Origin: Polyangiaceae bacterium
Lineage (GTDB): Bacteria > Myxococcota_A > Polyangia > Polyangiales > Polyangiaceae
Assembly: GCA_965222375.1 (NCBI GenBank)
Contig: CBDCTZ010000012.1
Coordinates: 192,001 to 256,000, forward strand
Direction: 5' to 3'
Length of the DNA: 64,000 nucleotides
The stretch's first letter is position 1. Every line of letters begins with the position of its first letter. This document shows, piece by piece, positions 50,896 through 59,207 of this stretch. The notes below the pieces were generated by a model. It made no database searches. It was not told the DNA's origin and saw only the letters and a program-made list of their open reading frames with translations. The position numbers and the translations under genes are program-made.

Positions 50896-51210
50896 ATGTC
50901 CTTGAAAGTTCTTAAAACCCTTAGTTTTCTCGCACTCGCATCTACCGTTGCGGTCGCAGGCTGCAGCAGTGACGACGACGACAGCGGCTCTGGCGGCGGC
51001 ACCAGCACCGGCGGTACTGCCGGCACTGGCGGCAGCGCTGGCTCCGGTGGCAGTGCTGGTAGCGCTGGCTCCGGTGGCAGTGCTGGTAGCGCTGGCTCCG
51101 GTGGCACGGCTGGCAGCGCCAGTGGTGGCGCGGCTGGTAGTGCCGGTTCCGCAGGCAGTGCGGGCTCTGCAGGTAGCGCCGGTGGCTCCGCTGATGCCGG
51201 CACCGACTGA
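50896..51210 (+). CDS. small Gly/Ser/Ala-repeat lipoprotein
   Basis: Strong SD AGGAGG, lipobox AVAGC, DDDD, then only G-x-x repeats; tandem stops TGATAG followed by a hairpin. Confidence 0.75.
   Translation: MSLKVLKTLSFLALASTVAVAGCSSDDDDSGSGGGTSTGGTAGTGGSAGSGGSAGSAGSGGSAGSAGSGGTAGSASGGAAGSAGSAGSAGSAGSAGGSADAGTD
51031..51111 (+). repeat. 3 x 27-bp coding tandem repeat
   Basis: GG(C/T)AGCGCTGGCTCCGGTGGCA(GT/CG)GCT three times, encoding GSAGSGG(S/T)A. Confidence 0.85.
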
Positions 51211-51235
51211 TAGCGAAACATAACGATAAGCACGG

Positions 51236-51271
51236 CCCCTTGCGCCCGCCTGCATTTGCGGGCGCAAGGGG
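51236..51271 (+). terminator. 14-bp perfect GC-rich hairpin after the lipoprotein gene
   Basis: CCCCTTGCGCCCGC, 8 nt loop, GCGGGCGCAAGGGG; only a weak U tract. Confidence 0.6.
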
Positions 51272-51317
51272 TTGCGCACATGGCGCGCATTCCTCGGATG
51301 CAGTGGTACCGGTCCAT

Positions 51318-51371
51318 GCATGGGAACGCTGCGGGTAGCGGGCGTTCTCGCTATCCGCAGCGTTCCCGTGC
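51318..51371 (+). other. 25-bp RNA-like hairpin with G-U pairs
   Basis: GCATGGGAACGCTGCGGGTAGCGGG-CGTT-CTCGCTATCCGCAGCGTTCCCGTGC; all three non-Watson-Crick positions are G-U on the + strand. Confidence 0.65.
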
Positions 51372-51494
51372 CTGCAAGTTGATCCCCATCATGCATTGCG
51401 TGCTACCCTGATCCCTTCTGGAGGTTGTGGTCGAACCCGACTCGGGTTTGGTGTGGCCGATGGGGAGCAGTTACTTACACACAAGGACGAAAGT

Positions 51495-51983
51495 ATGAGT
51501 TTCAAATTGGTTCGAGCATTGGGATTCGTGGCGCTGGGTTGTTCCGTGGGCCTCTACGGTTGCGGCAGTGACGACGACGACAGCGGCTCCGGTGGTAGCA
51601 GCAGTGGTGGCAGCGCGGGTAGCAGCAGCGGGGGTAGTGCAGGTAGCGGCAGCGGCGGCACTGCTGGAAGCGGCAGCGGTGGCACCGCGGGCAGCGCCAG
51701 TGGCGGTGCTGCGGGCAGCGCAGGCTCGGCTGGTAGCGCAGGTTCGGCGGGCAGCGCTGGCGCAGGCGGTGGCAGCAACGCTGACAAGTTCTGCAAGGAC
51801 TACGAAACCAAGTGTGGATTCGGCACCCCGAAGCACTTCAAAGATGCCACCGAGTGCAAGGACGACTTCGACAACAAGTTCGACGCTGGTCGACGCACCT
51901 GCGTCGTCGAGCACTTGGGCAAAGCGGATTCAAAAACGTCCGAACATTGCGAGCACGCGGCGGGCGCCGCGCCCTGCAACTAG
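51495..51983 (+). CDS. Gly-rich lipoprotein with C-terminal Cys/His domain
   Basis: SD-like AAGGA, LYGC lipobox, DDDD, Gly linker, then a 6-Cys domain with CVVEH and HCEHA. Confidence 0.78.
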   Translation: MSFKLVRALGFVALGCSVGLYGCGSDDDDSGSGGSSSGGSAGSSSGGSAGSGSGGTAGSGSGGTAGSASGGAAGSAGSAGSAGSAGSAGAGGGSNADKFCKDYETKCGFGTPKHFKDATECKDDFDNKFDAGRRTCVVEHLGKADSKTSEHCEHAAGAAPCN

Positions 51984-52003
51984 CATTCACCTGAGGAAAG
52001 CGA

Positions 52004-52047
52004 AGCGCCTCGGGCCCGCTGGTCGGGCACGAGGCGCTCGTGTTTTT
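52004..52047 (+). terminator. Rho-independent terminator
   Basis: AGCGCCTCGGGCCCG-CTGGT-CGGGCACGAGGCGCT followed by CGTGTTTTT. Confidence 0.7.
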
Positions 52048-52103
52048 GTGTCCCTGCCAATGACGCTACCTGGGGCCCACACTTGCGCTAGGATGGGCCT
52101 GAC

Positions 52104-52757
52104 GTGGGGATCATCTACTTTGCAGCCCTGATCGTTGGCTTCGGTGTCATTGCCGTCCAACTGGCCTTCGCCGGCAAAGGCGATGTCGACGTGGACGTCG
52201 ACGCCGACATCGACATCGACGTGGACGCCGATGTGGACGTGGACGTGGACGCCGATGCCGACGCGGACGCCCATGGCCATGGCGACCATGGGCATGTGGC
52301 CCACGGCGACGCGGGCTTTCTGCCGATTCTGCTCTCCGTGCGCTTCTGGACCTTCGGGCTCCTGGCCTTCGGCATGGTGGGCTCCCTGCTCCACGTATTT
52401 CGGCTCGCCAGTGTGTGGGCAACGCCTTTCATCTCCCTGGCCATGGGGATCTTCTCTGGGCTCCTGGCTTCGCTCACTTTCCGTGCCTTGTCCCGCGCTG
52501 AAACGTCGAGTGCAGCGACTCCCCGGGACACGGTGGGGCAGGTGGGCAAGGTGCTGCTTCCGGTGAGCAACAAGGCGCGGGGCAAGGTGCGTATCGAACT
52601 GCGCGGACAGACTCTCGACTTGCTGGCCACTACCGATGAGGAGCTTCTATCCAACGGCGACCTCGTGATGATCGAGTCCATGGAAGGCGGCACCGCCCGG
52701 GTCTCCAAAGCGCCGGTGGAGTTCCTGCCGCCGAAGCTGCCACCCAAGCCGGAGTGA
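52104..52757 (+). CDS. NfeD-like membrane protein with Asp/His-rich insert
   Basis: TM segments, C-terminal OB-fold (VGQVGKV...GKVRI), upstream of flotillins. Confidence 0.82.
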   Translation: MGIIYFAALIVGFGVIAVQLAFAGKGDVDVDVDADIDIDVDADVDVDVDADADADAHGHGDHGHVAHGDAGFLPILLSVRFWTFGLLAFGMVGSLLHVFRLASVWATPFISLAMGIFSGLLASLTFRALSRAETSSAATPRDTVGQVGKVLLPVSNKARGKVRIELRGQTLDLLATTDEELLSNGDLVMIESMEGGTARVSKAPVEFLPPKLPPKPE

Positions 52758-52907
52758 GCGCCCCTGGCGCTTCCGGATGGACAAGCGCGGTACTAGCCCC
52801 TCGGCCGTCCGAGCCCGGTCGGGCAACGGTCTGGAATCCGGGGGCAATTGCCGGTGCCAGGACTTTCCGTGGCCAAGCTCACGGGGCTCGCCTATCCTCC
52901 GGCCACC

Positions 52908-54212
52908 ATGGGGAGTGATATTCCGGACTTAGGCGTCGATCCTGAGACTGCGGTGATGATTCTGAGCGGGGCGATCGGCGTAGTCGTCCTGGTCGCCTTG
53001 CTCGTGTTCATCATTTCGCGGTTCTTGGTGATCTGCAAACCCAACGAAATCGTGGTCATCAGCGGGCGCGAGCGAAAGCTCAGCGACGGCTCGAAGGTGG
53101 GCTTCAAGGTCCTCCACGGAGGGCGCGGTTTCCGTGTTCCGTTGCTGGAGGAAGTGAATCGCATGGACATGCGGCTCATCCCCGTGCAGGTGGAAGTGCA
53201 GAATGCCTACTCCCAGGGCGGCATTCCCCTGACAGTGCACGCAATTAGCAATGTGAAGATCTCCAGCGACCCGCGATTCGTGAGCAACGCCATCGAGCGC
53301 TCGCTGTCGATGACGACACGACAAATCGGTGCTGTGGCCCAGCAGACGCTGGAGGGTGTGCTGCGCGAGGTGGTCGCGGAGCTGACGCCCGAGGAAGTCA
53401 ACGAGGACCGCCTCAAATTCGCGGAAACTCTGATTCGCAACGCCAAGGACGACTTCGACAAGCTGGGCTTGGAGCTTGATGTGCTCAAGATCCAGAGCGT
53501 CAGCGACGAGCAGGGCTACTTGAACAACCTGGGTCGCGCTCGCATCGCCCGCATGATTCGCGACGCGCAGAACGCAGAAAACGAAGCGAACCAGTCGGTT
53601 GCCGAGGCCCAAGCTCAGGCCCGTCAGCGGGCAGAAACCGCGCAGAAGCAGGCGGAAGCCTTGGTCCTCACCAAACGCAACGAACTCCGCGCGGCCCTGG
53701 CGCGCCTCGAAGCCGACGCCAAAGCGGTGGAAAACGAAGCTGCGGTCTCCGCCGAGACTGCGCGCGCTCAAGCTGAACAAGAGCTGCAGCGCATGCGCGC
53801 GGAACTCGAGAAGCTCAGGCTGGAGTGTGACGTGTACTTGCCCGCGGAAGCCGATCGCATGTCCGCCGAGGCCGACGCTCGGGGGCGCGCGGCTCCGACC
53901 ATCGAGAGCGGCAAAGCCGCTGCTCAGGCGCTTCAGCTCGTGTCCCAAGAATGGCAGAGCGCTGGCCGAGACGGTCGTGACCTCTATGTCTTGCAGCACC
54001 TCAAACCGATGGTTGAAGCCGCGGTCACCCGAGTGACCCGCGCCAAGATCCAGGACTTGGCGGTCGTGGACGGTGGCGATGGCGAAAGCTTCACCGGAGC
54101 CGTGGCCAGCTTCCCTGCAGCCGTGAGTGAGGTGATGCGGGAAACCGGACAGGCAATCGGTGTGAACATGGACGAACTGCTCAGCGGTAGCGGCGCGAAA
54201 GGAGCCCGCTAA
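52908..54212 (+). CDS. flotillin/SPFH domain protein
   Basis: TM, PNEIVVISG, GGRGF..P, LEG.LR, LTPEEVNEDR, AEA coiled coil. Confidence 0.9.
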   Translation: MGSDIPDLGVDPETAVMILSGAIGVVVLVALLVFIISRFLVICKPNEIVVISGRERKLSDGSKVGFKVLHGGRGFRVPLLEEVNRMDMRLIPVQVEVQNAYSQGGIPLTVHAISNVKISSDPRFVSNAIERSLSMTTRQIGAVAQQTLEGVLREVVAELTPEEVNEDRLKFAETLIRNAKDDFDKLGLELDVLKIQSVSDEQGYLNNLGRARIARMIRDAQNAENEANQSVAEAQAQARQRAETAQKQAEALVLTKRNELRAALARLEADAKAVENEAAVSAETARAQAEQELQRMRAELEKLRLECDVYLPAEADRMSAEADARGRAAPTIESGKAAAQALQLVSQEWQSAGRDGRDLYVLQHLKPMVEAAVTRVTRAKIQDLAVVDGGDGESFTGAVASFPAAVSEVMRETGQAIGVNMDELLSGSGAKGAR

Positions 54213-55441
54213 TGGAGGTCATGCTCGTCCTCGCAGCCACCGCGGCGGTTGTCGTCGGTGCGTTGTACGTGATGGTCAAGAAGCTGCTCTGGGTCGCCAC
54301 GCCCAATGAAGCGCTGATCTTCAGCGGCAGTACTCGCAAGCTGCAAGAACGCAGCGTGGCCTACCGCTTCGTGCGAGGCGGGCGGCGTTTGCGCCGACCG
54401 CTCATCGAGCAAGTGGAGGTCATGGACCTCAGCATGTTCACCGTGATGGTGAACGTCACCGGCGCTTTCTCGAAGGGCGGCATTCCGCTGACGATTCAGG
54501 GTGTTGCCAACGTGAAGCTGCCCGGTGAGGAGCCGCTCCTCGCCAACGCAGTCGAGCGCTTCCTGGGGCGCACTCGGGAGGAGATTTACTACGTTGCCAA
54601 AGAGACCTTGGAAGGCAACCTGCGTGGCGTGCTCGCTAGCCTGACGCCCGAAGAGGTGAACGAGGACAAGATGCGCTTCGCTCACACTTTGCTCGAAGGC
54701 GCAGAGCACGACATGAGCAAGATGGGGCTCGTGCTCGACACCCTGAAGATCCAAAACGTCACGGACGAGGTGAACTACCTAGCCAGCATCGGTCGCATCC
54801 GGGGCGCGAAGCTGAACATGGAGCAGGCCGTCGCGGAGGCGGAGGCCCGCGCAGACGCCAATGTGCAGCAGGCCGCGAACTGGTCAGCATCCGAGGTCGC
54901 CAAGGTGGCCGCTGACATGCAGATCGCCGAGCAGGAGACTGCAAAACGGATTGCGGACGCGAAGAGCCGTCGAGAAGCCATGATCCAGGAGGCCAAGGGC
55001 CAGGTCGTTGCCCAGCTGGCCGAAGTCAACGCCGAAATCGAGCGGCAGAAAGCGCGAGCCCTGCAGGAGAAGCGCCGCTTGGACGCCGATGTGGTGCAGC
55101 CCTCCATTGCCAAGCAGCGCGCCGCAGAAGAGAAGGCCCGGGGCGACGCCGCGGACACCCTCGAGCGTGGCCGTGCCGAAGCCAAGGCGTTGCATGACTT
55201 GGTCGAGGCCTATCGCAGCGGCGGCGGCGCAGCGCGGGATGTGCTCGCACTGCAAAACCTGCTGCCGCTACTGAGCCACATTGCGGGTGCCCATCACAGC
55301 CTGGCCATCAGTAAGCTGAGTGTCTTGCCGGCGGCTGCCGACGGCAGCGAGATGGCCCGCAAAGCCATCGGGGCGTCCGAGCAGATCCGTGCGGCCACGG
55401 GGGTCGACCTCACCGGCGTGGCGAAGAAGCTGGGCGGCTGA
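54212..55441 (+). CDS. flotillin/SPFH domain protein (paralog)
   Basis: PNEALIFSG, SKGGIPL, LEGNLRG, LTPEEVNEDK; TAATG stop/start overlap. Confidence 0.9.
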   Translation: MEVMLVLAATAAVVVGALYVMVKKLLWVATPNEALIFSGSTRKLQERSVAYRFVRGGRRLRRPLIEQVEVMDLSMFTVMVNVTGAFSKGGIPLTIQGVANVKLPGEEPLLANAVERFLGRTREEIYYVAKETLEGNLRGVLASLTPEEVNEDKMRFAHTLLEGAEHDMSKMGLVLDTLKIQNVTDEVNYLASIGRIRGAKLNMEQAVAEAEARADANVQQAANWSASEVAKVAADMQIAEQETAKRIADAKSRREAMIQEAKGQVVAQLAEVNAEIERQKARALQEKRRLDADVVQPSIAKQRAAEEKARGDAADTLERGRAEAKALHDLVEAYRSGGGAARDVLALQNLLPLLSHIAGAHHSLAISKLSVLPAAADGSEMARKAIGASEQIRAATGVDLTGVAKKLGG

Positions 55442-55473
55442 CGGAAGGCGCCCGCTCTGGGCGGGCGCTCAGC

Positions 55474-57093
55474 TCAGAGGGTGGGCTCGACCCGGGCCGA
55501 CCCTTGCTCGCTCACTGATAGCCGCGGGGACGTTCGCAACTCCCGCTCGTGGGCGCGCCAGTCTTGCACTTCGTTGGCCGGGTGAACGGGCACTGCGTAG
55601 GAGCGCTTGCGTAGGTTGCGAATGTTCGTTGCCCCTTCGCTCTCCACGGGGATGTGTGTGAACGAGAGGGTCAGGTAGAACATTCGATAGTGGAAGAAGT
55701 TCTTCTGCACGATCACGTCGGCTTTGCGGGGATCGATGCCGAGCTCACGCCAAAACTTGGGGTGAATGGGCAGAGGGGAGCGATCCCCGACGGACAGATG
55801 AAACGCGCCGCTGTCCAGGCGCACTCGCCGCCCGAACTCTCCGCTGTGCCGAGCAGAGACCGTCACCTCCAGCTCGACTGTGGGCTGGTCGTAACCCGGC
55901 GTTCCGCGAAGGGTGACGCGCTGCTTGGAGCCGATGGGTGCGTTCCAAAGCGCCTCCGCAAGGGCCGGATCGTGCACAGGCACCAAGCTCTTCAAGCCCC
56001 GGTCGTTCTTGGCCAAGGACTGCACGAAGCGTGTATTGCCGCCCGGGGCGCCCGCACCGACGATGTCGTCGACGTCCACCAGAGTGACCGGGCCGATCCG
56101 TCTGCCGCGCCCTCGCGCCGCATCGTCCAGCGCGCTTTCAATGCTGCGCATGGGCGGCAGGTCAACGTCCTTTTCCGCCCAGGCGCGTTCCGCCAGCTCT
56201 TCCACCAGGCGATCGGCAAGCTCTTGGTCACCGTCTGTGCATACGTGCACGGCCCATCCCAGGTTGTCGGCGGATGTGAAGGGGTGGACCATGAACAGAC
56301 TTGCTGACACGACGCCCGGGCGCCGTTCGAGCTTCTTCATGTAGCGAAACACGCCACGCATGGGTGACAAGAAGTCGATGGTCGTGCCGCCACCGAGCAC
56401 CATGGGCAGTTTGCGCCAAGCGTGTACCGGTGTGATTTCACCACGCAGGCTTCGGATCAGGCGGCTGCCGGCGCGATACCCCGTAGGCGCTAGGTCCCAA
56501 TGGGGATTGGTGCGGTACGCGATCATCACGTCGACGGGGTCAATCAGACCGCGGCTCAAGTTGGCGTGGAGATCGTAGCTGACGGCAATCTGCGCCTCCG
56601 AGCCCAGAAGCTCTCGCACGCGGCGCAGGATGATCGCCTCCGGGGCTTCCGTGAGTCCGCGCACCTCCATACTGCCATGCAGAGCTAGATACACGCCGTC
56701 CAAGGGGCCAGCGCTGGCCAACCGCTCCAAGAGCCCATCCAGCAGCCAGGCGAAGCATTCTTCAGTCAGCGGGCCACTGGGGACCGCCATGTAGGAGGCA
56801 AGGGGGACCGTCTCGACATTGCCTTGCACCCGAGCCGCCTGCACGAAGCCCGTGAGCTCCGCGTGGGGCAGGTAGCCTTCGAGCTCCGAGCCCCGCAGGG
56901 AGGTCGCGCGGGATAGCTCCTCGCCCTGCAGAGCGTGCATTCGCAAAAAGTTGTCCTTGCTGGTGAGCAGGGGCGAGTCCGCGCAGGCTTCGTGGAAGAT
57001 CCGACCGTACGCGATGCGCAGGGGCTTCTTGCCGCCCGCGCCGGCGCGCGCTCGGGCGACGTCTTGGGCGAAGCGAAGGGCCTGGCCGATCAT
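55474..57093 (-). CDS. M81 family metallopeptidase (MlrC-like)
   Basis: FHE, LALHGSM, SYDLHAN, YRTNPHWD, GAGAPG motifs. Confidence 0.85.
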   Translation of the reverse strand: MIGQALRFAQDVARARAGAGGKKPLRIAYGRIFHEACADSPLLTSKDNFLRMHALQGEELSRATSLRGSELEGYLPHAELTGFVQAARVQGNVETVPLASYMAVPSGPLTEECFAWLLDGLLERLASAGPLDGVYLALHGSMEVRGLTEAPEAIILRRVRELLGSEAQIAVSYDLHANLSRGLIDPVDVMIAYRTNPHWDLAPTGYRAGSRLIRSLRGEITPVHAWRKLPMVLGGGTTIDFLSPMRGVFRYMKKLERRPGVVSASLFMVHPFTSADNLGWAVHVCTDGDQELADRLVEELAERAWAEKDVDLPPMRSIESALDDAARGRGRRIGPVTLVDVDDIVGAGAPGGNTRFVQSLAKNDRGLKSLVPVHDPALAEALWNAPIGSKQRVTLRGTPGYDQPTVELEVTVSARHSGEFGRRVRLDSGAFHLSVGDRSPLPIHPKFWRELGIDPRKADVIVQKNFFHYRMFYLTLSFTHIPVESEGATNIRNLRKRSYAVPVHPANEVQDWRAHERELRTSPRLSVSEQGSARVEPTL

Positions 57094-58517
57094 GAGAACA
57101 ACTCCCCGATGAAGAGGACCAAGAGCTTTTCGCGGGCGGCGGGGGTCATGGCGTTCATGATGCGGTGCAAGGGCGCGGCTTCGCTTGGCAGGGTGCCTGA
57201 GCCCAAGCCCATCTCCGCAACGATGGCCTGGGTATCCGCACCCTCGGTGCTCTCCGCCAAGTTGCTCAAGAAGGTGACCACGCCCTCCGGTGCCGTCTGC
57301 GTCTTGGGCAGGTCTTGGCTGCAGGCGACCAAGTCCTTGCCGAAGTCCGCGACGCGCCGGGCGTTTTCAGGGTCGAGGGTCAGGTGGATGTGGGCAGGGG
57401 AGGGACCGAATTCATAAGTCGGTTGGACATGCCACCCCTTCGCGGTCAGGCGATCTGCCAGTTCGAAGAGATCCCCCTCCAGGGTCTTGAAGGCGAACAG
57501 GTTCATGTCCGGACGCCCCACCATTTCCAGATCCGCCGTGTCGTCTACGACCTGGACCAGTTCCTTGGTTGCATCCCACATCCGCATCGACCGTTCTCGA
57601 TAGCCCTCTTGGCCCAGGTACTGAATCAGCGCAAAGGCGGCGCCCATGGCGGCTGCACTCTTGCTGCCCAGGGTCGTGGAGTTGATGATCGAATAGCCGG
57701 TCCAGGTCGCGCAGGTGTAGTACTGGGCGTCCCGCAGCTCTCGCCGTCGTTGCAGCAGGATCGAGATCCCCTTCGGGGCGAATCCGTACTTGTGCAGGTC
57801 CATGGAGATGCTCGTCACACCCTCGACACCAAAATCGAAGTCGGGGCCATCCACGCCCGCCTGACGCAAGAAGGGCAGGACGCAACCACCGACGCAGGCA
57901 TCTACATGCATCAGCGTGTCGTTCTCCTTGGCCAGCGCGGCAAGGCCGCGGATGTCATCGATGACACCGTGGGCGTAGCTGGGGGCCGAACCAACGACCA
58001 GAATCACGTCATCGCTCATCTTGGCCTTGGCGTCTTCGATGTCGGCCCGGAACGTGTCCGGGTCGACGTCGACATTGACCACCTCCACTCCGAAGTAGTG
58101 CGCTGCCTTGTGGAAGCAGGCGTGGGCGGTGATTGGCAGCAGCATCTTTGGAGTCTCGAGTTCAGGGCGCTTCTTGCGAGCGAAGTCCCGGGCGGTTTTC
58201 ACCGCCAGCATGACGCTTTCAGTGCCCCCGGCCGTGGCGGTGCCCACGGCGCCTTCGGGAGCGCGCATCAGCTCCAAGCATGCTTTGACGACGCCGTTCT
58301 CCAGCTCCCGAGCCGACGGGTAGACGGTGGGGTCCAGGCCGTTGATCGGCATGCAGGCGGCAAAGGCCTGACGCGCCACTTCCCGAGCCTCCTCGCCTGG
58401 GTCGTAGACGAATGCAAAGGCGCGGCCATCGCTTTTCAGGTCACGAGTTCGAGTTTGCTTGAGGGCAGAAAGCACGTCGTCGCGGCTCTTGCCAGCCTGA
58501 GGAAATGACTCGTTCAT
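57090..58517 (-). CDS. PLP-dependent enzyme, sphingosine-1-phosphate lyase-like
   Basis: AFAFVY, N.L.P.VYP, GGTES, HACFHKA, SAPSYAHG.ID, HVDACVGG, SISMDLHKYGFAPKG motifs. Confidence 0.85.
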   Translation of the reverse strand: MNESFPQAGKSRDDVLSALKQTRTRDLKSDGRAFAFVYDPGEEAREVARQAFAACMPINGLDPTVYPSARELENGVVKACLELMRAPEGAVGTATAGGTESVMLAVKTARDFARKKRPELETPKMLLPITAHACFHKAAHYFGVEVVNVDVDPDTFRADIEDAKAKMSDDVILVVGSAPSYAHGVIDDIRGLAALAKENDTLMHVDACVGGCVLPFLRQAGVDGPDFDFGVEGVTSISMDLHKYGFAPKGISILLQRRRELRDAQYYTCATWTGYSIINSTTLGSKSAAAMGAAFALIQYLGQEGYRERSMRMWDATKELVQVVDDTADLEMVGRPDMNLFAFKTLEGDLFELADRLTAKGWHVQPTYEFGPSPAHIHLTLDPENARRVADFGKDLVACSQDLPKTQTAPEGVVTFLSNLAESTEGADTQAIVAEMGLGSGTLPSEAAPLHRIMNAMTPAAREKLLVLFIGELFS

Positions 58518-59116
58518 GATTGCTTCTCCGGAGTTTGTTTGAGCGGACGCAGGATGTTGGTCCACAAGAAGTCGTGTACGGGTGCCAGGTCCACGTCGAT
58601 CATCACCCGCTGCACCATCAGACCATCTGTGAGTGCGCGAATGACGCTGACGACGGCCTCGGGATCACAGGGAGCAACGCGGCCGTCCGCGATGCCCGCT
58701 TTGAGCAGCTCGACCGCGGCTCGGCGTTGGGATTCGAAGACGCGGTTGCCCACGTCGATGATCTCTTTCATGCGCTCACCGCTGGCTGCGATGGCCTGAC
58801 TCAAGAAGACGATGCGCTCTTCTCGGCCGTGGTGAAAAGCGTGCACCGCGCAAATCTGAGCAAACAGGCGATCGATGGGGTGCTCGTGCTGATTGACCCG
58901 CTCCATCACGTACACGGCCTGCTCCGTCAGCAGCTCTTCCAGCGCCGTCTCGACGATGTGGCCGCGGGTCGGGAAGTGGTAATGCAGGGTCGGGCGCTTG
59001 ATCCCGAGCTCGTCTGCTAGCCGTTTCATGGGCGTGCCCATGCCGAGCTTCGCCAGGACGGCGACGGCGTCACGAGCCATTTCTTGGCGTTTTTCTGGTT
59101 CAGGCGGGCGGGCCAT
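58514..59116 (-). CDS. TetR/AcrR family transcriptional regulator
   Basis: HTH motif LADELGIKRPTLHYHF; ATGA overlap with the lyase gene. Confidence 0.9.
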   Translation of the reverse strand: MARPPEPEKRQEMARDAVAVLAKLGMGTPMKRLADELGIKRPTLHYHFPTRGHIVETALEELLTEQAVYVMERVNQHEHPIDRLFAQICAVHAFHHGREERIVFLSQAIAASGERMKEIIDVGNRVFESQRRAAVELLKAGIADGRVAPCDPEAVVSVIRALTDGLMVQRVMIDVDLAPVHDFLWTNILRPLKQTPEKQS

Positions 59117-59119
59117 TAG

Positions 59120-59160
59120 CTGACTAACTGTCAATTAATCATTACCTGACGAAGTGTCAA
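59120..59160. promoter_or_regulatory. tandem palindromic operators TGAC-N5-GTCA overlapping the tetR promoter
   Basis: CTGACTAACTGTCAA (59120-59134) and CTGACGAAGTGTCAA (59146-59160), 26 bp apart. The second contains a minus-strand TTGACA -35 followed by an AT-rich -10 region. Confidence 0.75.
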
Positions 59161-59207
59161 CTAAAAAAGAGGTGGACGCTGCGGATTCCTGAACCACTGA
59201 GTTCTTC

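Noticed and set aside
50960..51780. Repeats as a possible CRISPR array or RiPP precursors
   Set aside because: They are in-frame Gly-rich coding repeats without unique spacers; no cas or RiPP maturase genes nearby; both ORFs have lipoprotein signals.
55474..57093. Microcystin degradation pathway
   Set aside because: Only an MlrC-family member is present; no mlrA, mlrB or mlrD, and the family is widespread.
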